Source: Candidatus Omnitrophota bacterium
GTDB taxonomy: Bacteria > Omnitrophota > Gorgyraeia > Duberdicusellales > 4484-171
Length of the DNA stretch: 64,000 bases
NCBI GenBank assembly: GCA_043823745.1
Contig: JBDRAN010000006.1
Span: forward strand, 40,176 to 104,175
Direction: 5' to 3'
Shown here one piece after another: positions 18,947 to 28,759 of this stretch. A program made the translations under genes and the position numbers. How positions within the stretch are numbered: the stretch's first letter is position 1; each line of letters starts with the position of its first letter. Under the pieces are notes generated by a model. The model did not search any database and was not told where the DNA came from. It was given only the letters and a program-made list of their open reading frames with translations.

Positions 18947-20197
18947 ATGAAATCTTACATCAAAACTCTCGTTACCAAAGCAAAAACCAATAGTTTTAAG
19001 CTCGCGCGCCTGGATACTGCCGCCAAAAATACTACCCTCGTGCGCATGGCGGAGTACATCCTGACGGAAAAAGATTATATTCTCAAAGAAAATAAAAAAG
19101 ACGTAACGGGAGCGCTGAAACGCAAATTACAGAAAAGCTTTATCGACCGGCTCACCTTAAACGAGGAACGACTCGATGAAATGGCAGCTTCACTGCGCGA
19201 TATCGCCACACTTCCTGATCCAGTTAATGCCACGATCGCCGACTGGCAACGGCCCAATGGCCTTCTCGTAAAAAAAATCCGCGTGCCTATCGGCGTTGTG
19301 CTCATTATTTATGAGGCACGGCCCAATGTTACCAGCGACTGCGTAGGGTTGCTCTTTAAATCATCAAACGTAGGCATCCTGCGTGGCGGAAGCGACGCCA
19401 TCGCTTCAAATACCGCTATCGCGAAAGTCTTAAACCGCGCGGTAAGAGCAAGCGGCTTCGACTTTGAGCCTTTTTTTGTGATCCAAAAAACAAGTTATGC
19501 AGTCACCACGGGCCTTCTTAAACAAAACGAATATATCGATATGGTTATACCCCGCGGCGGAGAAGCGCTGATACGTATGGTGGTAGCGCAATCACGTATC
19601 CCGGTTATTAAACACTATAAAGGAGTCTGTCACCTCTTCATCGACGCAGATGCAGATACCGCGCGCGCCTTAAAAATCTGTGTTAATGCCAAAGTCCAGC
19701 GGCCCGGGGTATGCAATGCAGTTGAAAAAATATTAGTGCATAAGGACTGTGCGGCAATCTTTTTGCCGCTTCTTAAAAAAGAATTCGACGCACACCATGT
19801 TATTATGCGCGGAGACGACGCGTCGCGCAAAATCATTAAAGGAATAAAGAAAGCGACCACGCACGATTGGCGGGCAGAATATCTTGACTTAATCGTCACG
19901 ATTAAAGTTGTAGCGAATGTCTCTGAAGCAATCGAACACATTAATCGGTACGGCTCGCATCATACCGATAGCATCATTACCAACAATCCCGCGCACGAGG
20001 CTCAATTCATCCGGGAGGTCGACTCTGCCTGTTGTTTCGCAAACATCTCAACACGCTTCTCCGACGGTCATCAGCTTGGCCTTGGCGCTGAAATCGGCAT
20101 CTCAACCGATAAACTCCATGCCCGCGGCCCGATGGGATTACAGGAACTAACCACGTATAAGTGGGTGGTGACCGGGGACGGACAAATTAGAGAATAA
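18947..20197 (+). CDS. proA: Gamma-glutamyl phosphate reductase
   Basis: IYEARPNVT, PRGG, GVCNAVE, HARGPMGL. Confidence 0.96.
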   Translation: MKSYIKTLVTKAKTNSFKLARLDTAAKNTTLVRMAEYILTEKDYILKENKKDVTGALKRKLQKSFIDRLTLNEERLDEMAASLRDIATLPDPVNATIADWQRPNGLLVKKIRVPIGVVLIIYEARPNVTSDCVGLLFKSSNVGILRGGSDAIASNTAIAKVLNRAVRASGFDFEPFFVIQKTSYAVTTGLLKQNEYIDMVIPRGGEALIRMVVAQSRIPVIKHYKGVCHLFIDADADTARALKICVNAKVQRPGVCNAVEKILVHKDCAAIFLPLLKKEFDAHHVIMRGDDASRKIIKGIKKATTHDWRAEYLDLIVTIKVVANVSEAIEHINRYGSHHTDSIITNNPAHEAQFIREVDSACCFANISTRFSDGHQLGLGAEIGISTDKLHARGPMGLQELTTYKWVVTGDGQIRE

Positions 20198-20316
20198 AAC
20201 AAGTCACAAGTCACCAGCACACAAATATAAATGAGCACCGGTACCATTTGTAATCTAGTAAATATTAGCGGAAATTAGCGCTTTTGATTCGCGATGATTA
20301 GCGTTATAACGAAATT

Positions 20317-20880
20317 ATGATGAAGATAGGTATACTCGGCGGAACCTTTAACCCACCGCACATCGGCCATTTGATTCTGGCACAGGAAGTTTACCAGAAG
20401 CTTAGCCTGGATAAGATTTTCTTTATCCCCACCAATATCCCGCCGCATAAAGAAAGCCATAACGTGACGGCACGTGATCGCCTGACTATGGTCAGACGGG
20501 TAATCGGGCGCGATAAGCGCTTTGCGGTGCTTGATCTAGAAATAAAACGAGGTGGGGTATCTTACACCATCGATACGGTCAGGGAACTTAAAAGGCTCTA
20601 TCCGCGCGCCACGTTTTTTCTTATTGTCGGCTCTGATTTAGCGCGTGATTTTCCCACGTGGAAGTATTTTGAAGGGCTTAAAAAAGCGGTGAGCATTGTC
20701 GTGGCAAAACGACGCGCCTATCCGCTTGAGGGAAAAACCAAATTTATTATCGTTGATATCGTACAGATGGGCATTTCATCTTCCTATATAAGAACCTTGA
20801 TAAAAAAGGGTTTTTCGATACAATATCTCGTTACCGAGAACGTCGCACGGTATATAGAGAAACGGAAATTGTATAAATGA
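20317..20880 (+). CDS. nadD: Nicotinate-nucleotide adenylyltransferase
   Basis: GGTFNPPHIGH, SYTIDT, ISSSYIR. Confidence 0.95.
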   Translation: MMKIGILGGTFNPPHIGHLILAQEVYQKLSLDKIFFIPTNIPPHKESHNVTARDRLTMVRRVIGRDKRFAVLDLEIKRGGVSYTIDTVRELKRLYPRATFFLIVGSDLARDFPTWKYFEGLKKAVSIVVAKRRAYPLEGKTKFIIVDIVQMGISSSYIRTLIKKGFSIQYLVTENVARYIEKRKLYK

Positions 20881-21091
20881 GGCAGCATCTTTTTCCGAAC
20901 AACGTGAGAGAAAAAGTGCGTAGCCGAATTTACCCCGCCCTTTTCTCGGTGGATTTAACGTGCAGCGGTAAAGCATTGGTTAAAAGATAACTTATATTTT
21001 TAAAGTAACTAATTATCCCTCACCAAAAGGGCGGGGTTCAATTCGCACAGTGATTTTTGTGCACTGACGTTTCAAAAATCACGTGCTCATT
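20876..21091 (+). repeat. Four-way-junction structured intergenic element, copy 1 (nadD-pgm)
   Basis: AATGA/TCATT closing stem; GAATTtACCCCGCCCTTTT...AAAAGGGCGGGGTtcAATTC arm; same layout at 28755 and 41558. Confidence 0.8.
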
Positions 21092-21105
21092 GAAAAGGAG
21101 AAAAC

Positions 21106-22497
21106 ATGATTAAATTCGGTACTGACGGCTGGCGCGCGGTTATCGCGGAAGATTTTACGTTCGCAAACTTAAAAATTATTTCACAGGCAATCGCTGATTA
21201 TCTTAAAAAACAGCCCGGAAAAAATAAAAAAGTTGTTATCGGATATGATTGCCGCTTTCTTTCCGCTGAGTTCGCAAAAACCGTAGCCCTCGTTCTTGCG
21301 GCAAACAGAATCAAAGCAGTGCTTTCCGATAAACCGATCCCCACTCCCGCGGTCAGCCTTCACGCGCTGCATGGAAAATACGATCTTGGCGTCATGATCA
21401 CCGCCTCACACAACGGAGCCGAGTTTAACGGCCTTAAGATCAAAACAAAGGACGGCGGTGCGGCGGATAAAACGCTCACCGATGCGGTTGAACGCCTGCT
21501 CTATAAGACAAAACCGAAAATCGCGAATGAGGAAGAAGCCCGGAAACAAAAGCTTTTTTCCATACAAGATCTCTCCCAGTTCTATATTGATTTCTTTAAA
21601 ACCTTCGTCGACGTCGGGGCGATAAAGAAACTTAAACTTAACATCTTAATCGACACCATGTACGGCGCGGGAGATCATTTTATCGCTAACGTTTTAGGCG
21701 AATGCGGAATTAACCTGCATTACTTACACAACGAATTTAACCCTTCCTTCGGCGGATTGCACCCTGAACCGATCGAACCGTATTTAGAAGAAATGACGGC
21801 GGCAATGAAAAGCGGAACGTATGATTTAGGGATTGTGCTTGACGGGGACGCCGACCGCATCGCTACCTTTGACAGCAAAGGCACCTATATCAATGCACAA
21901 ATACTCCTTCCGCTCCTGTGCATCCACATGAATAAAAACAGAAATGAAAAGGGGGGTATCGGAAAGACCGTGGTTGGCAGCAACATCATTGATTCGGTCG
22001 CGCTGGCCCTCGGGGTTGCTTGCTACGAGACGCCGGTCGGATTCAAATATATCTCAAGCCTCTTTAAGCAGAATCTTATTTCTGTGGGAGGAGAGGAAGC
22101 CGGCGGCATTGGCTTTCACGGTTATATCCCTGAACGCGATGGCTCAATGAGCGCACTCCTGTTACTTGAAATGCTTGCCTGTGAACAAAAAAGCTTTGAT
22201 GCGCTCCTTGGTGAGCTCTTTCGGAACTACGGCCGCTGGTACTACAGCCGCGCCTCGATACCCGTTAAAAGCGTCAGAAAAAGCGTCAACGACATGAAGT
22301 TGCCGGCAAAACTCCTCGGTAAACCCGTTGAACGCGTCAACACGCTCGACGGAGTTAAGCTGATCACCAAGGATAACTGGCTGATGTTTCGTCAGTCCGG
22401 CACCGAACCGATTGTACGCGTCTACGCGGAAAGTCAGAGCAAAAAAGAAGCGGACGCGCTCCTGGCGCTGGGCAAGAAAATGATCTATGCTCTATGA
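21106..22497 (+). CDS. Phosphoglucomutase/phosphomannomutase family protein
   Basis: FGTDGWR, ITASHN, DGDADR, GEEAGG, RQSGTEP. Confidence 0.93.
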   Translation: MIKFGTDGWRAVIAEDFTFANLKIISQAIADYLKKQPGKNKKVVIGYDCRFLSAEFAKTVALVLAANRIKAVLSDKPIPTPAVSLHALHGKYDLGVMITASHNGAEFNGLKIKTKDGGAADKTLTDAVERLLYKTKPKIANEEEARKQKLFSIQDLSQFYIDFFKTFVDVGAIKKLKLNILIDTMYGAGDHFIANVLGECGINLHYLHNEFNPSFGGLHPEPIEPYLEEMTAAMKSGTYDLGIVLDGDADRIATFDSKGTYINAQILLPLLCIHMNKNRNEKGGIGKTVVGSNIIDSVALALGVACYETPVGFKYISSLFKQNLISVGGEEAGGIGFHGYIPERDGSMSALLLLEMLACEQKSFDALLGELFRNYGRWYYSRASIPVKSVRKSVNDMKLPAKLLGKPVERVNTLDGVKLITKDNWLMFRQSGTEPIVRVYAESQSKKEADALLALGKKMIYAL

Positions 22498-23077
22498 ATT
22501 CTGCAAAGCCTTAGGTTTTTTGCTGCTCAAGGTTTTTTACGGACTCTCCATACGCAATAACGGCGTATTTCCCAAGCGCGGGCCGTTCATCCTTGCCTCA
22601 AACCACGAAAGCAATGTTGACCCGGTAGTCCTGGGGGTCGCCTGCCCCCGGCAGCTCTATTATCTTGCCAAGGCGGAGCTCTTTCGAAACAAGCTTTTCG
22701 GAGCCTTCCTTAAAAAGATCAATGTTCTCCCTCTTCACCGCAACACAAGCGACATACGCATGGTACGCACGGCGCTCTCATTACTTGAAACCAAACCGAT
22801 CGCCCTTTTTCCCCAAGGAACACGGGGAGGGAGCTTCAACGCCTCTAAACCCGGGGTGGGGTTTCTCCACCGTAAAACCGGCGTTCCGGTAATCGCAGCA
22901 TACGTACGCGGGACCGACACCATACTACCCAAAGGCGCAACACGCCTACGTAAAGGCACGATATGCGTTACGTTTAGCCTGGTAACCGACATCTCTCCCG
23001 AAGCGAGCAGCGAAGAAGCTACCCAGAAAGTGATCGATGCAATCAAAAATCTCGAGGATTCGAAATGCCATCCCTAG
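22487..23077 (+). CDS. plsC: 1-acyl-sn-glycerol-3-phosphate acyltransferase
   Basis: NHESNVD (HX4D), AKAELF, FPQGTR. Confidence 0.88.
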   Translation: MLYEFCKALGFLLLKVFYGLSIRNNGVFPKRGPFILASNHESNVDPVVLGVACPRQLYYLAKAELFRNKLFGAFLKKINVLPLHRNTSDIRMVRTALSLLETKPIALFPQGTRGGSFNASKPGVGFLHRKTGVPVIAAYVRGTDTILPKGATRLRKGTICVTFSLVTDISPEASSEEATQKVIDAIKNLEDSKCHP

Positions 23078-23089
23078 ATTTGTTTTTTA

Positions 23090-23118
23090 TTGACAAAGAT
23101 TATAATTTAAGCGATAAT
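23090..23118 (+). promoter_or_regulatory. Putative sigma70 promoter for rpsA
   Basis: TTGACA-17 nt-GATAAT. Confidence 0.5.
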
Positions 23119-23254
23119 TGGGCAGTTTCGTGGTTACTGTGTCTGTTGCTTAAAGACACCTCGCAACAAAATACCGCACACTACCACGGTAAGTACAATC
23201 TACGCCGAATATAACCGGCGCGCGATGAAAATCTTGTAAGGAGGATTTTTACTA

Positions 23255-24823
23255 ATGGCTGATGTATCTACGGAATTACAAAATGCGTATTTCAATTCTA
23301 TCAAGGAATTAAAAGAGGGCGAAATCATCAAGGGTAAGATTTTAAGCGTCACCCCCAACGAAGTGATTATCGATGTGGGGTATAAGGCTGAGGGAATACT
23401 CCTGCGTGAAGAATTTGAAGGGTTTGACATTGAAAATACCCAAGAAATCGACGTCTACGTTGAAAATGTAGAGGATGAGGAAGGAAAAATAATTCTTTCT
23501 TTTAAGAAAGCGCGCGAAACCAAAGGCTGGCAGAATCTTGCCAACAACTTCAATGAAGGTGATCTGGTTGAAGGAATACTCACGCGCAAGGTAAAGGGCG
23601 GCTACATGGTAAGTGTCTTCGGTGTAGAAGGGTTCCTGCCACAGAGCTTATCTTCATTCCGTAATGTTAGCGACGAAGAGATTATGGGCAAGAAATTCCA
23701 TTTCCAGATCGTAAAGATGAGCCGCGCCAAAGAAAATTTCATCCTCTCCCGTAAAGACGCGCTTAAAATCGAAAAAGAGCTTTCCCGCAAGAAAGTCTGG
23801 GAAGAAATAACTATCGGGAAACTCATGAAAGGCAAGGTAAAAAGCATCGCCAATTTCGGTGCGTTTATCGATCTGGGCGGCGTTGACGGCCTTCTGCATA
23901 TCGCCGATATGAGCTGGAGGAAAATTTCGCACCCCTCCGAAGTAGTGGCCGTAGGAGATGAGATTAACGTTCTCATTCTTAATTTTGACCGCGAAAAGAG
24001 TAAAATATCGCTGGGATTAAAACAGACCACACCGGACCCCTGGAAGGAAATAGGCCAAAAGTATCTTGCCGGTTCCATCGTCAAGGGACGTATCACCAAT
24101 ATCCAGAATTATGGCATTTTTGTTGAACTGGAAAAAGGCATTGAGGGGCTTGTGCATATCAGCGAGATTTCCTGGACCAAGAAGTTTATCAACCTGCATG
24201 AAACCTACGCCATCGGCGATGCTATTGAAACAAAAATTATCGGCGTTGACGCGGCAGAACGCAAAATTTCACTCAGCATCAAACACCTGGAGCGTGACCC
24301 GTGGGAGGATGTCGAAAATCTTGTTGTAATTGACACCTCAACCAAAGGTAAAATTGCAAGTTACGGCGAGGGCTGTGCCTACATGGAGCTTGAAAACGGC
24401 CTCGAGGGTATCGTCTATAATGAAGATATCTCGTGGACCAAACGCGTAACACGCGCACAAGAAATATTGAAGCGTGCGCATACCTATGACGTTAAGATCC
24501 TGGGTATTGACCGTACCAATCGAAAGGTGATCCTCGGCATGAAGCAACTTAAAGATGATCCCTGGCCGCAGCTTTTAGGCAAATACCAAGTCGGCAATGT
24601 TCTTGTGGGCGAAGTAGTCAAGGTCACCAACTTCGGCGTCTTCGTCAAGCTCGAAGAGGAACTTGAGGGGCTGGTCTTCTCCGGAGAAATAGATAAGGAA
24701 ACTGCTGAAAAATTGAAGCCTAAGGATACGCTTACCGTAAAAATCATCAAAATCGACGCGGGAGCGGCGAAAATCGGACTTTCGGCGAAAATAGATGAAA
24801 AGTCAGATACAGCGGCATCTTGA
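23255..24823 (+). CDS. rpsA: 30S ribosomal protein S1
   Basis: Six S1 domains (FGAFIDLGGVDGLLHI, YGIFVELEKGIEGLVHISE); AAGGAGG SD. Confidence 0.96.
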   Translation: MADVSTELQNAYFNSIKELKEGEIIKGKILSVTPNEVIIDVGYKAEGILLREEFEGFDIENTQEIDVYVENVEDEEGKIILSFKKARETKGWQNLANNFNEGDLVEGILTRKVKGGYMVSVFGVEGFLPQSLSSFRNVSDEEIMGKKFHFQIVKMSRAKENFILSRKDALKIEKELSRKKVWEEITIGKLMKGKVKSIANFGAFIDLGGVDGLLHIADMSWRKISHPSEVVAVGDEINVLILNFDREKSKISLGLKQTTPDPWKEIGQKYLAGSIVKGRITNIQNYGIFVELEKGIEGLVHISEISWTKKFINLHETYAIGDAIETKIIGVDAAERKISLSIKHLERDPWEDVENLVVIDTSTKGKIASYGEGCAYMELENGLEGIVYNEDISWTKRVTRAQEILKRAHTYDVKILGIDRTNRKVILGMKQLKDDPWPQLLGKYQVGNVLVGEVVKVTNFGVFVKLEEELEGLVFSGEIDKETAEKLKPKDTLTVKIIKIDAGAAKIGLSAKIDEKSDTAAS

Positions 24824-25991
24824 TGTTTTGCGCGAAAATGCCGTCGACGTAGTCTCGGAAGATGAGCTTCGTGTTAAGCTCGAAAATTCTCTTCTTACCA
24901 ATACCCCCCTTAAACTTAAAATCGGCTTTGACCCCACGGCGCGCGATATTCATTTAGGCCATACGGTCCTCTTGCGTAAACTGCGCAAGCTACAGGATCT
25001 CGGCCATTTTGTCTATCTTGTCATCGGTGATTTTACGGCAAAAATAGGGGACCCCTCCGGACGAAATAGCCTGCGCCCGATTTTAAGCGACGACGAGATC
25101 AGGGAAAACGCCACCACCTACACCGAACAAGCTTTTAAGATTCTTGACGAAGGAAAAACAAAAATTATTTACAATAGCATTTGGTATAAACAGATTAAGC
25201 TTTCCTCATTCCTGAGCATCCTTTCTTCCTATACGGTGGCGCGGGTGCTCGAGCGTGAAGATTTTTCGCAGCGCATCAAAGAGAACCGTCCCCTCACCTT
25301 ACTTGAAATCATCTATCCTTTAATCCAGGGGTACGATTCCGTAATGCTTGAGGCGGATATCGAGTTTGGCGGCACCGATCAAAAATTTAACCTCATTGTG
25401 GGAAGACACTTACAGGAGGTTTTCAACCAGAAACCGCAAGGGGTCGTCACGATGCCTCTCTTAGTCGGCCTTGACGGGAAAAATAAAATGTCAAAGTCGC
25501 TGGGTAACTATATCGGCGTAACCGATGAACCGCAGGCGATGTTCGGAAAAGTTATGAGCATCAACGATGAGGTGATGTGGGAATATTTTAGACTCTTAAC
25601 CGACGCGCATATTCCGCAGATGAAAACGCTGCATCCTAAGGAAGCGAAATTACAACTGGCCCAAACAATCGTTTCTTTTTACGCCGGTATTGAGGCGGGA
25701 AGAAAAGCGCGGGATGAATTTGAACGTGTTTTTTCGCACCGTGAACTTCCTGGTGATATCACCACGATTTGTGCCGAACACGGGACTGTCGACTTACTGG
25801 ATATTCTTATGCGCGCGGGAATGGTATCCTCTAAAAACGAAGCGCGACGGTTACTTTCTCAAGGGGGGATCTCGGCGATCAGCGAGCAAAACCCGACCGA
25901 GAGCCTGACCATCACGGAACAGTCCTTGACGATACCCTCCGGTGGAGTTATCCTAAAAATAGGGAAGAAGAAATTTCTCAAAATTCAATAG
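24795..25991 (+). CDS. tyrS: Tyrosine--tRNA ligase
   Basis: GFDPTA, HLGH, GGTDQ, KMSKS, C-terminal S4-like domain. Confidence 0.96.
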   Translation: MKSQIQRHLDVLRENAVDVVSEDELRVKLENSLLTNTPLKLKIGFDPTARDIHLGHTVLLRKLRKLQDLGHFVYLVIGDFTAKIGDPSGRNSLRPILSDDEIRENATTYTEQAFKILDEGKTKIIYNSIWYKQIKLSSFLSILSSYTVARVLEREDFSQRIKENRPLTLLEIIYPLIQGYDSVMLEADIEFGGTDQKFNLIVGRHLQEVFNQKPQGVVTMPLLVGLDGKNKMSKSLGNYIGVTDEPQAMFGKVMSINDEVMWEYFRLLTDAHIPQMKTLHPKEAKLQLAQTIVSFYAGIEAGRKARDEFERVFSHRELPGDITTICAEHGTVDLLDILMRAGMVSSKNEARRLLSQGGISAISEQNPTESLTITEQSLTIPSGGVILKIGKKKFLKIQ

Positions 25992-25994
25992 CCA

Positions 25995-26396
25995 ATGCAG
26001 GAACCATTTTACGAATCATTCGAAGAACGCAGAAAATTCAAACGAATTCCGGTTAATTTTATCGTTACCTATAGACCAAAAGAACCGGCGAAACTTAAAA
26101 TGTTGGTCGCGGAAGAAGAGATCAGGGCGGCAATGCTTGATTTAAGCGAAAGAGGCATGGCCCTTCTGACTGCATATGATATCCCGGTCGGAAGCCTTCT
26201 CTTAATCGAGTTTACCTTTATTGACACCAGCGTCCCCCAGGAAAATCTTCTGCATACCATGAAAATTTTAGGTGAAGTCCGTTATAATGCCCTCCAGGAT
26301 GCCCGCGCCCATCGTCTTGGGATCCAATTTACCGAAATCAGCGAAAACGATAAATACATCATCTCTATTTTCTGCCGCAAAGCAACACTGAAATAA
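25995..26396 (+). CDS. PilZ domain protein (putative c-di-GMP receptor)
   Basis: RRKFKR (RxxxR) and DLSERG (DxSxxG); GEVR, GIQF. Confidence 0.85.
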   Translation: MQEPFYESFEERRKFKRIPVNFIVTYRPKEPAKLKMLVAEEEIRAAMLDLSERGMALLTAYDIPVGSLLLIEFTFIDTSVPQENLLHTMKILGEVRYNALQDARAHRLGIQFTEISENDKYIISIFCRKATLK

Positions 26397-26501
26397 CCCG
26401 CCGCGGGCTTATAAAAATAAAATTATTCGCGTGGCACCGCACGATTAAAAATCATAATAGAATCAATACGATTCGTGTGCCCTCCGGGTGGTACAAACAT
26501 C

Positions 26502-26529
26502 TTGCAATTTGATTTGCCATTGTTATAAT
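26502..26529 (+). promoter_or_regulatory. Putative sigma70 promoter for the galT pair
   Basis: TTGCAA-16 nt-TATAAT with TGn. Confidence 0.55.
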
Positions 26530-26582
26530 AATGCAACTATGGGACGGGCGGTTTCCAGGCTCGCCGTTAACCATCGATTATC

Positions 26583-27590
26583 ATGCCTCAATTACGTAAA
26601 GACCCTATCTTAGGACGTTGGGTTATCATTGCCACCGAGCGGGCCAAAAGACCAAAAGATTTTAGCCACGCTCGTTCTTCGCCGCCCGAGAAAGAATGCC
26701 CTTTTTGTCGCGGCAAGGAAGCAATGACCCCACCTGAAATTTATTCCGTTAAAGACGCTCGGGGCGAGTGGCGCGTGCGCGTGATCCCGAGTAAAAAACC
26801 CTTTGTCGGAAGCGAGGAAGAACTCTGGAAAAAAGGCAAGGGTCCCTACGACTTTATTAATGCCGTGGGAAACCACGAAGTTATCATCGAAAGCCCCGAT
26901 CACATCGACAATATTGCCGACCTTAATGAAAACCAGATTAAGGATGTTCTTTTCACCTACTGCAAACGCTTTCGCGAAATAGAAAAAGATAATCGCATCA
27001 AGTCAATTCTTGTTTTCAAAAACTACGGGTGGGACGCCGGAGGGGGTCGCGTCAAACATTCGCGTTCTCAGCTCATCTCGACGCCGGTTAATTTAAGACG
27101 CGTAAAAGAAGAGCTTGAGGGCAGCAAACACTACTATGACTCCCATGAACGATGTATCTTCTGCGATCTCATCCAGCAAGAGCTGGCAAGCGGAGAACGC
27201 GTGGTTCTCGACGAAGACGGGTTCATCGTACTCTCGCCCTTTGCGTCACGCTTTCCTTTTGAACTCTGGATACTGCCGAAAAAACATTCACCTGATTTCT
27301 ACAAAATCAGTGAAGATCAAGTCTGGGGCTTGTCACGCGTCCTGAAAAAGACACTTCTTAAAATAAAAATTTTGCTTAACGACCCGCAGTATAATTATGT
27401 TATCCATACCGCTCCGTTTCGCCGGGCGTATCCGGGATACTGGTCAACAATCGAAGAAGATTACCATTGGCATTTTGAGATTACGCCTTATCTAACAAAA
27501 GTAGCCGGTTTTGAATGGGGGAGTGGATTTTATATCTGCCCGACGCTACCGGAAGAAGCAGCGAAGTTTTTGAAAGAAACGAATGTGTAG
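26583..27590 (+). CDS. GalT-family nucleotidyltransferase homologue, copy 1 (catalytic HxH replaced by HSR)
   Basis: LRKDP, ERAKRP, CPFC, HEVIIE, KHSRSQL, CIFC, HWH, KVAGFEWGSG. Confidence 0.85.
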   Translation: MPQLRKDPILGRWVIIATERAKRPKDFSHARSSPPEKECPFCRGKEAMTPPEIYSVKDARGEWRVRVIPSKKPFVGSEEELWKKGKGPYDFINAVGNHEVIIESPDHIDNIADLNENQIKDVLFTYCKRFREIEKDNRIKSILVFKNYGWDAGGGRVKHSRSQLISTPVNLRRVKEELEGSKHYYDSHERCIFCDLIQQELASGERVVLDEDGFIVLSPFASRFPFELWILPKKHSPDFYKISEDQVWGLSRVLKKTLLKIKILLNDPQYNYVIHTAPFRRAYPGYWSTIEEDYHWHFEITPYLTKVAGFEWGSGFYICPTLPEEAAKFLKETNV

Positions 27591-27593
27591 CCT

Positions 27594-27736
27594 GGCTTCA
27601 AGCTACAAGCCGCAAGCTCTTGGAATCATTACCCAAAGCCTGCAGCCTGTCCCGTTTCCTATAATATTTTATTAAGGTGCGGGACGCCCCGAACCTTAGT
27701 ATAATTATTAAGGGTAACGGGGCTGGAGCGTGCAGC
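27594..27736. repeat. Heptamer-type repeat (GCTACAA/GCCGCAA) with a nested long palindrome
   Basis: gcttcaa gctacaa gccgcaa gct; cccgtttcct...aaggt / aacctt...agggtaacggg palindrome at about 27651-27722. Confidence 0.55.
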
Positions 27737-27757
27737 AATAATACTTAATAATAAAAC

Positions 27758-28759
27758 ATGCCTGAACTAAGAAAAGATCCTATTGTTGCCCGCTGGGTCG
27801 TGGTGAATGTGGAAAAGCCGTATGAACCTAGTGATTTCCATGTCGTACCGTTTGTTTGGAAAGGCAAAGACGGTTGTTCGTTTTGCACCAACAATGAGCA
27901 CCTGACGCCACCGGAAGTTGAAGCGATTTCTGAAATCCACCGCGCGCCGAACACGCCGGGATGGAAAGTGCGTGTTGTCCCTAACAAGTTTCCCGCGCTT
28001 AAAATTGAGGGAGCACTCGATAAGCGGGCGCTGGGAATCTATGACATGTCCAACGGCATCGGCGCGCATGAAGTTATTATCGATAATCCTGATCATTTTA
28101 AAACAATCGCCGAACTAAGCACCGTTGACGTTGAATATATCTTAAAAGCGTACCGTTCCCGCTCTCTCGATTTACGACGCGACCGGCGCTTCAAATACTT
28201 GCTTATTTTCAAGAACGTCGGCGTTGAAGCCGGTGCCAGCCTTGAGCACGGTCACTCGCAGCTCATCGCGCTGCCGATGGTTCCGAAAAACGTCAAGGAA
28301 GAGGTCAAGGGCGCCCGACACTACTATGAATACCGTGAGCGTTGCATCTTTTGCGATATGCTTGCCTACGAAGAAGAAAGCGACAAGGGACGCGTGGTCG
28401 CGGAGAACGAGGGTTTTGTCTCGTTCTGCCCGCTCTCAAGCAGATTTTCATTTGAAACCTGGATTGTCCCCAAGCAACATTCAACCGACTATGCCGAAAT
28501 TGACGACAGCCGGGTAAAAGACCTTGCGACAATCTTAAAAGAAACGTTGCTACGCTTAAAGAAAGTCCTGGGGGAACACCCTTATAATTACATTCTGCAC
28601 ACTTCTCCCGTCAATACCGACGCGCATTTTTCGTTCCACTGGCATATTGAGATTATGCCTAAGCTTACACGCGTAGCCGGTTTTGAATGGGGCAGCGGAT
28701 TTTACCTTGTGTTTACTCCGCCCGAAGTAGCCGCGAAACATTTGCGAGAGGTCAAATGA
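27758..28759 (+). CDS. galT: GalT-family nucleotidyltransferase, copy 2 (intact HGH)
   Basis: CSFC, PNKFPAL, AGASLEHGHSQ, CIFC, HWH, RVAGFEWGSG. Confidence 0.87.
   Translation: MPELRKDPIVARWVVVNVEKPYEPSDFHVVPFVWKGKDGCSFCTNNEHLTPPEVEAISEIHRAPNTPGWKVRVVPNKFPALKIEGALDKRALGIYDMSNGIGAHEVIIDNPDHFKTIAELSTVDVEYILKAYRSRSLDLRRDRRFKYLLIFKNVGVEAGASLEHGHSQLIALPMVPKNVKEEVKGARHYYEYRERCIFCDMLAYEEESDKGRVVAENEGFVSFCPLSSRFSFETWIVPKQHSTDYAEIDDSRVKDLATILKETLLRLKKVLGEHPYNYILHTSPVNTDAHFSFHWHIEIMPKLTRVAGFEWGSGFYLVFTPPEVAAKHLREVK

Noticed and set aside
20876-21091. Hairpin or hammerhead ribozyme identity for the four-way-junction element
   Set aside because: No conserved hairpin loop A/B sequences and no CUGANGA/GAAA core shared across the three copies.
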